From positions 1 to 64,000 of the forward strand of contig RDOE01000005.1 of assembly GCA_011364975.1 (NCBI GenBank): 64,000 nucleotides of DNA, written 5' to 3'. A program made the position numbers and the translations under genes. The notes beneath the pieces are model-generated. The model searched no databases, was not told the origin of the DNA, and was given only the letters and a program-made list of their open reading frames with translations. Origin of the DNA: Promethearchaeota archaeon (GTDB lineage: Archaea > Asgardarchaeota > Lokiarchaeia > Sigyniarchaeales > SOKP01). Below, in pieces: positions 31,029-40,746 of the stretch (position 1 is the stretch's first letter; each line of letters starts with the position of its first letter).

Positions 31029-31433
31029 ATTCTCCAAGATATATGGATTTTGACTGAATCAGGGATTGTACTTTATCATAGAGAATTCAATGAGAATATG
31101 GATGACCAATTATTTGGTGGTTTAATGGCAGCGATAAATTCTTTTGTTGAAGAACTAATTAAAGATGGGCTTTCGAGTTTTGAGTTACAGAATAAGCGTT
31201 TTTCTATTCTAAAAAGGAATAGTATAATCTTTATTGCAGTCTCGTCAAAAAAAATTAAAGAGAAGAAAGTTTTAGAAGAATTACAATTAATAGCAAAAAA
31301 ATTTTTTGAGCTATATTCTGAAGATATAATGAAAGTTTGGGATAATGATACTAGCCGATTTTTAAATTTTGAAAAAGAAATACAAAGTAGTCTTGAAGAA
31401 ACTATTAAAAAATTTCAGGATGCATTCTGGTAA
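31029..31433 (+). CDS. Longin/profilin-like fold protein; probable ATT start
   Basis: LQDIWILTESGIVLYHR, QLFGGLMAAINSF, beta-strands, F...Y/F helix pattern typical of longin domains. Confidence 0.75.
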   Translation: MLQDIWILTESGIVLYHREFNENMDDQLFGGLMAAINSFVEELIKDGLSSFELQNKRFSILKRNSIIFIAVSSKKIKEKKVLEELQLIAKKFFELYSEDIMKVWDNDTSRFLNFEKEIQSSLEETIKKFQDAFW

Positions 31434-31549
31434 GAGATTATCTCACACTATCAACCTCAAAATGCACTTATACTTTATAATATATAATCCTAAAAACTAA
31501 TTTATATTTTGAAATAATGAATATAAAAAAATAAACATACTTTAAAGAA

Positions 31550-31912
31550 ATGAAAGCTATAGGGATAGTTTTTTTATATGATCGTGCTTTAGGCACACCT
31601 GAACTGGTTTCTAAAGATTTTAGTGCACAATTTTCAAATGTATCAGAAAACCTTGTATTAGAGGGCTTACTCGAGCTTCCTGATTTGAAATTTATCCTAG
31701 ATAATAAAAATATATTCTGGGGGGGTATTAAAGAAAATTTTCAAGAGATACAGGAAAATGAGAATATGATTGGAAGACTTGCTTGGAGAATTTTTAAAGA
31801 TTACTCTGGGATAGAATCTTCAGAAGAAGTAAAATCACTAATATATAAAGCTAATGATGCTCCTTGGAATTTCACTCTTATGGTATGCGTGTTATATGAG
31901 CAAGGATTGTAA
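31550..31912 (+). CDS. Hypothetical soluble protein
   Basis: 120-aa ORF with ATG start filling the gap; no motif recognised. Confidence 0.75.
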   Translation: MKAIGIVFLYDRALGTPELVSKDFSAQFSNVSENLVLEGLLELPDLKFILDNKNIFWGGIKENFQEIQENENMIGRLAWRIFKDYSGIESSEEVKSLIYKANDAPWNFTLMVCVLYEQGL

Positions 31913-31928
31913 ATTATTAATGCTTAAA

Positions 31929-34019
31929 TTAACTAGGATTCAAAATTTCTTCAATTTGTTTAAAATAACCATATTTATATAATTCTTCTTGATCTATTTG
32001 AAAATTATCTCGAAATTTAGGGTCAAACTGAAGGTTCATGTTAAGATTTTGAATAATCTTAAAAAGGGAATAAATTTCAATTTTTTTTAAAAAATCATTT
32101 TTAATCGAGAAATATTTACGATAACCCTCGTAAAATTTAGTATTTACATCATTAATATTAATTTTATTAAGAATTTCCATTTGTATCCTAACAAAATCTT
32201 GGGCTCTCACACCAATACCCCAATTATCGAAATCTATAACTCCTTTTAACTTAATTTCATTACTAGAATCTTCAACAATTAAATTGGACCATTGGTAATC
32301 ATTATGGATTAATACTGGTTCACTTTCTTCTTCAATTAACGAATTATTCTCTTTGAAATAATGATCAACTTTCTCTGCTGTATTATTAGTAAATTTCTTT
32401 AACTTTGAAAGTTCTAAGTTTAATTTTGAATTAAAAAGCTCATTCCAACTTGTTTTTGATTTTTTTCCTAGATTATGAATCTGCTCGTCAAAGGAATCAA
32501 ATGAAATTTGATGTAATTTTCCTAAAAGTTCTCCAATATCAAAAAATAAGTTCACAAATTTAGATTTTGAAAAGTTAAAGCTTTCATTATTATATTGATT
32601 GTATAAATCTAATAAGGAGATTCCTGGAATGAATTCGTTTACACTAAAGATATAGGGTATGATTTCTTTACTCTCATCAAAATATATCAAATTTCCAACA
32701 GGTATTATCGGGGGATTCTCTTTATTAAAAATATAACATCCTTTTCTATTATAAATAATTTCTTTTACTTTTTCTCTAGTTTCTGGAGATTTAGGGTCTA
32801 ATGTATTATCAATTAAAGGATATAAGAGTTTTTCTTTTATAATTTCTCCATTTTCGAGAGATTCAGTAGTATGAAATCGAAATAATAATTCACTCTTTTC
32901 AAAATTTACTCTATAAATTGTATTTTTAGTAGCATTTAAAAGGCCTATTACTTTTTTTATTTTTCCTTGATCTAAGAGAATATCGATTTTCGAAAATGCA
33001 TTTATGATTTCGTCCAACTGATATATTTCAGTTTTTCCTAAAAAGTATAATAGATATAATTGCTTTTGGTTAATCATATAATTAATAGTCGCTTCTATTC
33101 GATTTTTAGTAATAGTCTCGAAAATTTGATTTATTTTAGGTATAAAACCATAATAATTTTCTATAATTTTAGGAAAGTTATTTCTATAAATCGAGTAGAA
33201 AGCATACTTTAATCCTCGTTCTTCTTTGCCAATTTCTGATTTAAAGTCATATATCTTATTTCTTATATCGTTAATTTGCTCTTGAAGTTGATGTATCTCA
33301 AGCACTTTTTCTTCGGTTGCACAAAGATATAATTTAGAACAGAGATTTACTATATTACTTAAACAAGGTGTAATACTAACAAATTTCCTTGATTCTGTTG
33401 GAACTATCTGGAAAAATTTCTGTAAATTTTCCTCACTTCCACAGGAAAATGAAAAATTATCACTTATAAGATTTAAATACGATTTCCAATGATTTATATT
33501 ATCAAAAGAATCGATGAGGCCTATAAAATTATCAAATTGAGTTAATTTATTTACAATCTGAGGATTTATTTCATTATTACTGAACTTTTTGGGATCATTA
33601 TGAATGAAAAAATTATTCCCTACATTTACCGTAGTAAGAATATTTTCAAAATATGAATATACATTATCAATTTTTACTTGATGAGGAGGCATTATTACTA
33701 AACTTATGTCATTAAATTTTTTTCCCAAAATGCCTACTTGTTCAATGACATCATCAAGCGTATATCCATAAACACCTACCAATAAAGGAGCTTTTTTATC
33801 ACTAATCTCAGAACATAAACTTATTAGCTTTACTTTTTCAGTTACTTTATCAATAAAATAAGCGCCTTCTCCATTAGGTCCAAATAAGTAGATAGAATCT
33901 GCTCCATTGATAAGGAGGTGTCTCACTAATAATCTATGAACTTCTAAACTTATGGAAAAATCCTTATCGAAAAAAGTCACAGATGGAACAATAACACCAT
34001 TGAAGTTACTCGTACTAAT
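31929..34019 (-). CDS. Fusion of degenerate DapA/NanA TIM barrel and APH/choline-kinase-like phosphotransferase; probable ATT start
   Basis: FNGVIVPSVTFF, G..GEG in the barrel; LGKLH, HNDYQWSN, VIDFD in the kinase domain. Confidence 0.85.
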   Translation of the reverse strand: MSTSNFNGVIVPSVTFFDKDFSISLEVHRLLVRHLLINGADSIYLFGPNGEGAYFIDKVTEKVKLISLCSEISDKKAPLLVGVYGYTLDDVIEQVGILGKKFNDISLVIMPPHQVKIDNVYSYFENILTTVNVGNNFFIHNDPKKFSNNEINPQIVNKLTQFDNFIGLIDSFDNINHWKSYLNLISDNFSFSCGSEENLQKFFQIVPTESRKFVSITPCLSNIVNLCSKLYLCATEEKVLEIHQLQEQINDIRNKIYDFKSEIGKEERGLKYAFYSIYRNNFPKIIENYYGFIPKINQIFETITKNRIEATINYMINQKQLYLLYFLGKTEIYQLDEIINAFSKIDILLDQGKIKKVIGLLNATKNTIYRVNFEKSELLFRFHTTESLENGEIIKEKLLYPLIDNTLDPKSPETREKVKEIIYNRKGCYIFNKENPPIIPVGNLIYFDESKEIIPYIFSVNEFIPGISLLDLYNQYNNESFNFSKSKFVNLFFDIGELLGKLHQISFDSFDEQIHNLGKKSKTSWNELFNSKLNLELSKLKKFTNNTAEKVDHYFKENNSLIEEESEPVLIHNDYQWSNLIVEDSSNEIKLKGVIDFDNWGIGVRAQDFVRIQMEILNKININDVNTKFYEGYRKYFSIKNDFLKKIEIYSLFKIIQNLNMNLQFDPKFRDNFQIDQEELYKYGYFKQIEEILNPS

Positions 34020-34238
34020 CTCCTCATTAATTTGATATCAATAATGGTGAGTAATTTATTTATTGATTGTATTTGAAAATATATTCTTAAAGATTTGTTT
34101 TTTGGAACGAGAAAAGCTCTTATATCTTAAAAAAATTAATGGTTTTTCAATTGGTATATGTTATTTTATGATTTAACAGTTTATAAACTTGATATCCATT
34201 TTATAAAAATGTAAAAAAGTAACTAACCGCATAATAGG

Positions 34239-35921
34239 TTAGATTTTTTTGGACTCCTTAAATACTTCAAAAATTTCCTTCTCGAAGTCAATAGTATCCT
34301 CTGGTAAAAGATTGGGTTCCTTGATTAATCTTGCCAGGTAGTAAATCTTAGAACCTCGTTCTAAGTATTGTAATACTGTATAAGCTCCATCAAGATGACT
34401 ACCACAACATAAATTTCCATGATTGGCCAAAATTATAGCATTTTTATCCTCAAGACTTTTCAATACAGATTTAGCTAACTCTTCTGTACCCGCCTCACCA
34501 TATTCAGCACAAAGAATCTCACCTCCCAAATATGGAACAAGTTCCTCAATTACAGGAGGTAAAGAAAGATTTAAGGTACTTAATATGGTAGAATAGATTC
34601 CATGAGCATGTATGATAGCATTCACATCGTCTCGTTGTTTATAAATACCTAAATGAAGTTGCTTTTCTACTGAAGGATTTCTTTCTCCTTCAATTACTTC
34701 ACCCTTGAGATTAATTAGCAAAATATCATTAGGCACCATTTCATCATATCTTACATTACTTGGTGTTATTAAAACGATATCTGCTCCGTTCTTTTTTAAT
34801 CTTGCGCTAACATTCCCTGCAGAACCAATAACATGGCCCTCTTGTAATAATTTTTTACATAATTCAACTATCTCTTTTTTGAGGTGTTCTATTTCTTTAA
34901 TGTTTGAATCCAAATCACTATTCTTTTTACCATAAATTTCTGGATTTAGAATATGATTCGGTTTCTCATTATTGAGCCAGAGATTTATATCCTGTAGAAG
35001 TAAGTTTGATTGTCTCTTTATTACTTCTTGAGTATTTCCTCCAAAATGCGGAGTCACTATAACATTATCTAGTTTTAAAAATTCATTGTCTTCATCAATT
35101 GGCTCAATGGGAAAGACATCCAAAGCAGCTCCAGCAATTGATTTATCTGCTAGGGCATTATATAGTGCATCATAGTCAATTATACTCCCCTTAGCTGTGT
35201 TGATGATGTATGCCGATTTCTTCATCATGGATATACGCTCTTCATTAATTAAATTATCATTATCATCTGTCGCTGCAGCATGAATCGTAATAAAGTCTGA
35301 ATTTTTCATTAAATTATCTAAGTCAACCTTTGTGCCAAAATCTTCAATAATATCCTTTGGAACAAAGGGATCATATACGATAATATTTACACCAAAACTT
35401 TTCAATCGTTCAGCAACGCGTTTACCGATCTGCCCAAAACCCAGAATACCAATCGTTTTTTCAAATAATTCAATACCTATAAATTTATTAAAGTAATTAA
35501 TCCAGTCTTCAAAATCTAGAACTTCAAACTCGTTGGAATGAAGAACTTTATCTATATGAGTCAGGTGTCTTGCTAAAGAAAGCATTAAACCAATTGTAAA
35601 TTCTGCAACGGCTTCAACATTTCTTAAGGGAGTATATATTATTGGGATTTTCTTTTTATTTGCTGCTTCAATATTTATGTTGAAAGGATCGCCTCTACAT
35701 GAGACTATTAGTTTTAGATTTGTCTGTTCAAAAATTTCAGCCTTTTTTAAATCATCAGCTGCGGTGATAAATATATCATATCCTTCTAATTTTTGTAACA
35801 ATTCTTTAAGATCAAAATATATAATTCCCGTATCTCTCCAACTCTCGTAGGTAATTTCCATTTTCTTTTTAAGTTCATTTAATACCTGATCTGAGATGCT
35901 AGCTGTTATTAATGCTTTCAT
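34239..35921 (-). CDS. D-2-hydroxyacid dehydrogenase fused to class II aldolase
   Basis: AVAE, GFGQIG, LDVF..EP, TPH; then GNVS, ITPS, PSVE, HAH, LANHG. Confidence 0.93.
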   Translation of the reverse strand: MKALITASISDQVLNELKKKMEITYESWRDTGIIYFDLKELLQKLEGYDIFITAADDLKKAEIFEQTNLKLIVSCRGDPFNINIEAANKKKIPIIYTPLRNVEAVAEFTIGLMLSLARHLTHIDKVLHSNEFEVLDFEDWINYFNKFIGIELFEKTIGILGFGQIGKRVAERLKSFGVNIIVYDPFVPKDIIEDFGTKVDLDNLMKNSDFITIHAAATDDNDNLINEERISMMKKSAYIINTAKGSIIDYDALYNALADKSIAGAALDVFPIEPIDEDNEFLKLDNVIVTPHFGGNTQEVIKRQSNLLLQDINLWLNNEKPNHILNPEIYGKKNSDLDSNIKEIEHLKKEIVELCKKLLQEGHVIGSAGNVSARLKKNGADIVLITPSNVRYDEMVPNDILLINLKGEVIEGERNPSVEKQLHLGIYKQRDDVNAIIHAHGIYSTILSTLNLSLPPVIEELVPYLGGEILCAEYGEAGTEELAKSVLKSLEDKNAIILANHGNLCCGSHLDGAYTVLQYLERGSKIYYLARLIKEPNLLPEDTIDFEKEIFEVFKESKKI

Positions 35922-36021
35922 TTTATTTGAACCCTATTTAGATTAATAGATTAATAATTTTTCATTCAATTTTTTTTAAGATTTAAAAAGTAAAAAGCAA
36001 TAAAAAAATAATTAATTTGAG

Positions 36022-36372
36022 TTAAAACATAAGGGATTTTAGTTTCATCAATTTTCTGATAGAACCTTCTTGAATCTTTATTTTTCCTGCCGAATATGCT
36101 TTAATCGCGCTTAATTCCTTATTAAAAAGATCGAGCATAACCTGTTCTGATGTAAATTCAATTTTAACCGGAGCATTATCATCACCGCTTCGATCTCTAA
36201 TCTCAATAGCCTGATCTTTATTGATCAAAAACAAAACAAGCCTTCCGCTGTCTAAAAAGCGTAGTTGTATGGTATCATCATAATCTGCTAACTTTTTCCT
36301 TACCTTCTCGGTAGAAAGATATCGATTTTCAATTTCTTTCAAACATGATTCAATGTTAATAAAGTCGGACAC
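36022..36372 (-). CDS. SCP2 sterol-carrier-like lipid-binding protein
   Basis: C-terminal AIKAYSAGKIKI.G....LMKL SCP2 pattern. Confidence 0.8.
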   Translation of the reverse strand: MSDFINIESCLKEIENRYLSTEKVRKKLADYDDTIQLRFLDSGRLVLFLINKDQAIEIRDRSGDDNAPVKIEFTSEQVMLDLFNKELSAIKAYSAGKIKIQEGSIRKLMKLKSLMF

Positions 36373-36460
36373 ATTTTTTCACCTTAAAATTATAATTTAG
36401 TGTTCCCTTAAATAATTAATTCTTTTCTACACCCATTAGATAATGGAGAAAATTTTATCA

Positions 36461-37966
36461 TTAAAGATCATCAATTTTATTCTTAATGTTTTTCCATTCG
36501 TTATAAATGATTTTATATGATTCTACAAACTGATCTTCTTTATCAATATGTTCATAGTTAAACAGATCATTTATTATTGATTTATAATCGGGATATAATC
36601 CCAAACCTTTTAATGTGTTCATAGCTGTTCCGATAAAGGATGATTCTTTAATAGCTGGGGTTAAAACCACACTGTCTAATACATTGGCTAAAATTTTGCG
36701 AAACTCTAAAGATTTAGCCATACCACCACCACAGAACAATCTGGGCTTTAAATCAGTAAATTTATTTAGTGCAATGAAGTTTTCATAAATACCAAAAGTT
36801 ATATTTTCAATAACACTTCTCGCAAAACTATTAATTTTAGGTAATTCATTAGAGATTAACTGAGGAGGGGGGAATACAAAAACTCCTCTTTTAATTGAAG
36901 TTTGATTCTTGATATTCATTTTTTCAGGTCCAAGATATGCAAATGTAGAACAAGCTCCAGGCAATGTCTCTCTTAAGTATTGATCGATAAGAGTATCCTT
37001 ATTTGTAGTAGGATGATTAATGAATGTATCCTTAAACCAATTATATGATGCACCGGTATTACCAGCATGAGCTTCAATTAACCATTTTCCCTTTATAGAA
37101 TGACAAGAAGCCCAATAATTACATTCTGGATCAAAAAGGGGTTTTTTAATAACAAGTTGGAGGGGTGCTGTTGTTCCTAAACTTATCCCAATATCACCTT
37201 CTTTAATTGCTCCCATTCCTAAGAGAGAAGCTTGTGTGTCACCTCCCGTCTTTATTACAGGAATTCTATCCTGATTAATATTGAACTTTTTTATAAGGTC
37301 TAATTTTAACTGACCGATGACGGTTCCAGATTCGACAATATCGGGAAAAAAATTAGGATCTAAATTAAAAGATTCTATTATTTCATTACTCCACCTTCTT
37401 TTTTTAATATCTAATAACTGTGATTCAGCTGCTGAAGAAGGATCAGAAACTAATTCTCCAGAAAGACGATAAACCAACCAATCATCAAGCATTAATATCT
37501 TTTTAATTTTTTCAAACTTCTCTTCTGCTTCTTCCCTAAACCATAATATCCTTGCTAATGTAAATAATAAAGAAGGAGTGTGTCCCGTGATATTAAATAG
37601 CTCTTTTTCTGTAAATTCATCTTCTATTATATAAGCAGAATCAATTCCTCGTATATCAATATTTGGGCCTCCATATATTTCTTTCCCCCTATTATCTATA
37701 AAAACAGAGGCAATTCTTTGTGCACAGGTAGAAATTCCTATGATATTTAGATTCTGGTCTCCAGATTGAAGAATTATTTGTTTTATAGCTAAACAAATTT
37801 TATTCCACAACTGGTTCATATCGAAAATTTTCGCAAAACCATCTATGCCTTCCTCTAGAATATCAATGGACTGATTTACAACACGCTCGATTTCCAATTC
37901 AGCCGATAACAATGCCACTTTAATAAAAGTGGATGATAGGTCTATTGTAAGAATTTTATCACTCAT
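36461..37966 (-). CDS. FGGY-family carbohydrate kinase (YoaC/LsrK-like)
   Basis: D.R, DW..YRLSG, GGDTQ, GTT, CGGGMAKS. Confidence 0.9.
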   Translation of the reverse strand: MSDKILTIDLSSTFIKVALLSAELEIERVVNQSIDILEEGIDGFAKIFDMNQLWNKICLAIKQIILQSGDQNLNIIGISTCAQRIASVFIDNRGKEIYGGPNIDIRGIDSAYIIEDEFTEKELFNITGHTPSLLFTLARILWFREEAEEKFEKIKKILMLDDWLVYRLSGELVSDPSSAAESQLLDIKKRRWSNEIIESFNLDPNFFPDIVESGTVIGQLKLDLIKKFNINQDRIPVIKTGGDTQASLLGMGAIKEGDIGISLGTTAPLQLVIKKPLFDPECNYWASCHSIKGKWLIEAHAGNTGASYNWFKDTFINHPTTNKDTLIDQYLRETLPGACSTFAYLGPEKMNIKNQTSIKRGVFVFPPPQLISNELPKINSFARSVIENITFGIYENFIALNKFTDLKPRLFCGGGMAKSLEFRKILANVLDSVVLTPAIKESSFIGTAMNTLKGLGLYPDYKSIINDLFNYEHIDKEDQFVESYKIIYNEWKNIKNKIDDL

Positions 37967-38001
37967 TATTAAAAATCTGATTCAATTTGTATGTTTTAAA
38001 T

Positions 38002-38640
38002 CTATTGTGGAGTAATATATTTACGAACTACTTCCCCTCTTGGTTCTTTTTCCTCAAATAAGATAGCTTTAAAAGCGTAGATTTTTGTAGTTACATCCTT
38101 CCAAGCATCAGCATGAAGACCTGCTTTCATACATGTATGGCTTAAAAATGTATCCACATCCCAGTTTCGACCATGATCAACTGGTACTTGAGGAAGAAGT
38201 AATCCCCTTCTCCAACCTTTTTCAGCAATCAATCCATCTCTTCCGATTACAATATGGTTAATATAATCGTCTGGAGAGTCTATTTTAATTAATTCTGGTG
38301 GTGTTAGAATTGATAATTCAATGACAATGTTATCCATTTCTTGGAGAGTAACTGATGGAAATCTGGGATCCTCGATTGCAGAGCTTATTGATACTCTATG
38401 AACAACATCATACAATGGATAAGTCGGTTCAATATAACCTATACAACCTCTTAATGGGTTACCACTCATATTATATATATTTAAAGTAACGAAAGCACCA
38501 TATTTATCTGAAAATTTTTTCTTAATTGCATCTGCAACGGCTATCTTTCTATTATGCTTAAGAAAATATTCAATATTTTCTCTTGCCAATTTTATTAATA
38601 AGGTGCCATCTTCTAAACTAAATGGTTCTAAATTTGACAT
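38002..38640 (-). CDS. AMMECR1 domain protein
   Basis: GAFVTL, LRGCIG, DPRF, GLLLPQV, C.KAGL. Confidence 0.95.
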   Translation of the reverse strand: MSNLEPFSLEDGTLLIKLARENIEYFLKHNRKIAVADAIKKKFSDKYGAFVTLNIYNMSGNPLRGCIGYIEPTYPLYDVVHRVSISSAIEDPRFPSVTLQEMDNIVIELSILTPPELIKIDSPDDYINHIVIGRDGLIAEKGWRRGLLLPQVPVDHGRNWDVDTFLSHTCMKAGLHADAWKDVTTKIYAFKAILFEEKEPRGEVVRKYITPQ

Positions 38641-38694
38641 TTTATATAACTTGAGAAGCAGTTATTTATATATCATAATATGGTCTTAAGTCTA

Positions 38695-40098
38695 TTAAAA
38701 CTCTATCTTAATAATTTTACCTTTAGGGGTAATTTTTTCCTTGTTTACTTCCATTCCTTTAAAAAAAACCTTCCAAAGACTTGTGATTATCCAAAAATCT
38801 TTATAGGGGCTAAATTTTGCTTTAGACTTAAAATTGTCAGGATTAATCTTATAAGGGTCAACCTTTTCAATTATAATTAAATCTGCTTGGTAACCTTCTT
38901 TTATAAATCCTTTATCTTTTAGGTGGAAGTTAAGAGCAGGATTCTCAGAACATGTTTGAACGAGATATTTTAGCTCTATCTCATTATTAAGAACTTTATC
39001 AAGTAAAATTAAGGAATATGTTTCAAATTCAGGAAAACCTGATGGGGCGTCAAAAAATCCCGTAGATTTCTCATTTAATGTATGTGGAGCATGATCCGAG
39101 GCAATTATATTGAGATCCCCTTTTTTAAATTGGTTATATAAAAATGATTGATCTTCCTGATCTCGTAGCGGAGGATCAACCTTACCAATATTTGGGTTTT
39201 CTAATTTAATGTTATTAGATAATAATAAGTGATGCGGGGTTATTTCCATGCTTATTTTGAAACTTTTATCTGTTAATTGAATAGTACGTATATATTCATA
39301 ACTTTTCTTGGTGCTAATATGACAAAAATGAATAATTGGATATCGTTGAGATTCTCGATGATTTTCTTTAACGTATTCAATATAATTACCAATGATGAAT
39401 TTAACATATCTCAGTTCTTTATCACCGGATTTAACTTTATCATATAGTTCTAAGAGATTTACTTTTTTAGAATTAATTTCATTCTGGAGATACTTCTTTT
39501 CGTCTTCGGTTAAAGGCCATTCAGGATGAATAAAAATAGGAATATTATATTTTGATGATACGTCAAAAAGTTGATTTATAATTTCTTTATTAGTCCAGTC
39601 AATTCGATTTAGGGGTTTATGAGGATATATTTTAAATCCTATAATGCTCTTTTTGATCATTTTTTTAATTTTAAAATCATCAAAATTATCGGGAAAACCT
39701 GCAATTAATCCTACATCAATATAACTATTAGATTTTGCCTTTTTAAGCCACAATTTAATTTGGTTTAAGTTATTAGCAGGAGGGATTGTGTTAGGCATTG
39801 TAAATACTGTTGTTATACCACTATACGCTGCAGCTTTTGTTCCCGTTAAAAATGTTTCTTTTTCGCTTTGTCCCATATCTCTTAAGTGAGAATGAATATC
39901 AATTAATCCTGGTATAACTAGTCTACCGTGACAATCAATTTCTATATGATTTCTTTTAGATCTGCTTCTATATTCCTCATTTGAGGACTTATTATCTAAT
40001 AAGATTTTGGAAATTTTTCCATGTTTAATTATAAGTGACCCTACTTGAGTGTTTCCATTAATATAGATAGAAGCATTCTTTAGAATTGTTGTTTTCAT
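38695..40098 (-). CDS. pyrC: Dihydroorotase
   Basis: DIHSHLR, MPNT.PP, HIS, PPLR, ASDHAPH; ATG at 40098. Confidence 0.88.
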   Translation of the reverse strand: MKTTILKNASIYINGNTQVGSLIIKHGKISKILLDNKSSNEEYRSRSKRNHIEIDCHGRLVIPGLIDIHSHLRDMGQSEKETFLTGTKAAAYSGITTVFTMPNTIPPANNLNQIKLWLKKAKSNSYIDVGLIAGFPDNFDDFKIKKMIKKSIIGFKIYPHKPLNRIDWTNKEIINQLFDVSSKYNIPIFIHPEWPLTEDEKKYLQNEINSKKVNLLELYDKVKSGDKELRYVKFIIGNYIEYVKENHRESQRYPIIHFCHISTKKSYEYIRTIQLTDKSFKISMEITPHHLLLSNNIKLENPNIGKVDPPLRDQEDQSFLYNQFKKGDLNIIASDHAPHTLNEKSTGFFDAPSGFPEFETYSLILLDKVLNNEIELKYLVQTCSENPALNFHLKDKGFIKEGYQADLIIIEKVDPYKINPDNFKSKAKFSPYKDFWIITSLWKVFFKGMEVNKEKITPKGKIIKIEF

Positions 40099-40105
40099 GA
40101 TTTTA

Positions 40106-40726
40106 CTAGTTTTCTTGTTGGTCGATCTTAAAATTAATAAATGATACTTTATTTTCAATTTTTTTTATTTTCGGCAGAGAGACAAATTTTATTTGTTTTT
40201 TTGAATTTTTAAATTCATAATTGAATTTAGTAAAGTCTAAAGATACATTGGGTGAAGGGATAATATAAGAAAAATCTTTCAAGCTGATTTGTTCCTCCAA
40301 ACTTTCAACCTCCATAGTATCTTTATCATTAACAATATAAATTGCTTTATCATTAATCCAATCCTCTAATTCATAGAGGATTGAGTCTTGATTTTCTGTT
40401 TTTTTTGTAAAAATACCTGGAGTTGAATTTTCCCATTTTAAATTACTCCTTTCATTTACTTTCTTGAGAGCCTTTTCTATCAAAATTGCTTGAGAGCGTT
40501 CATCTGATCCTAAAAATCTTAACTGGTTACCCTCAAATTTTATAAATATTTTCGAACTTGAAAAGTAGATTACCAAATTATTTTCTTTTCGTATAGAATA
40601 AGAAAGACAAAAACATTCCCTAATAATTGAGCATAATGAGTAAATAGATAAGGATATTTCTCCAATATCAATCTCTTTTTTAGTGATATCAGTATACTTA
40701 CTTATAAGTAGTAGAAAGTTAACCAA
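40106..40726 (-). CDS. TrmY-like (tRNA pseudouridine-54 N1-methyltransferase-like) SPOUT protein, divergent
   Basis: F.LS..IR, LR.L..DERS, STPGI motifs; next to SRP54. Confidence 0.7.
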   Translation of the reverse strand: MVNFLLLISKYTDITKKEIDIGEISLSIYSLCSIIRECFCLSYSIRKENNLVIYFSSSKIFIKFEGNQLRFLGSDERSQAILIEKALKKVNERSNLKWENSTPGIFTKKTENQDSILYELEDWINDKAIYIVNDKDTMEVESLEEQISLKDFSYIIPSPNVSLDFTKFNYEFKNSKKQIKFVSLPKIKKIENKVSFINFKIDQQEN

Positions 40727-40746
40727 TTTAATCAGTAAATGTTTTC

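Noticed and set aside
40099-40158. N-terminal extensions in the ORF track for dihydroorotase (also eIF5A 43334-43399)
   Set aside because: Downstream ATGs match the family N-termini; the extensions overlap a neighbour or lie in AT-rich spacer
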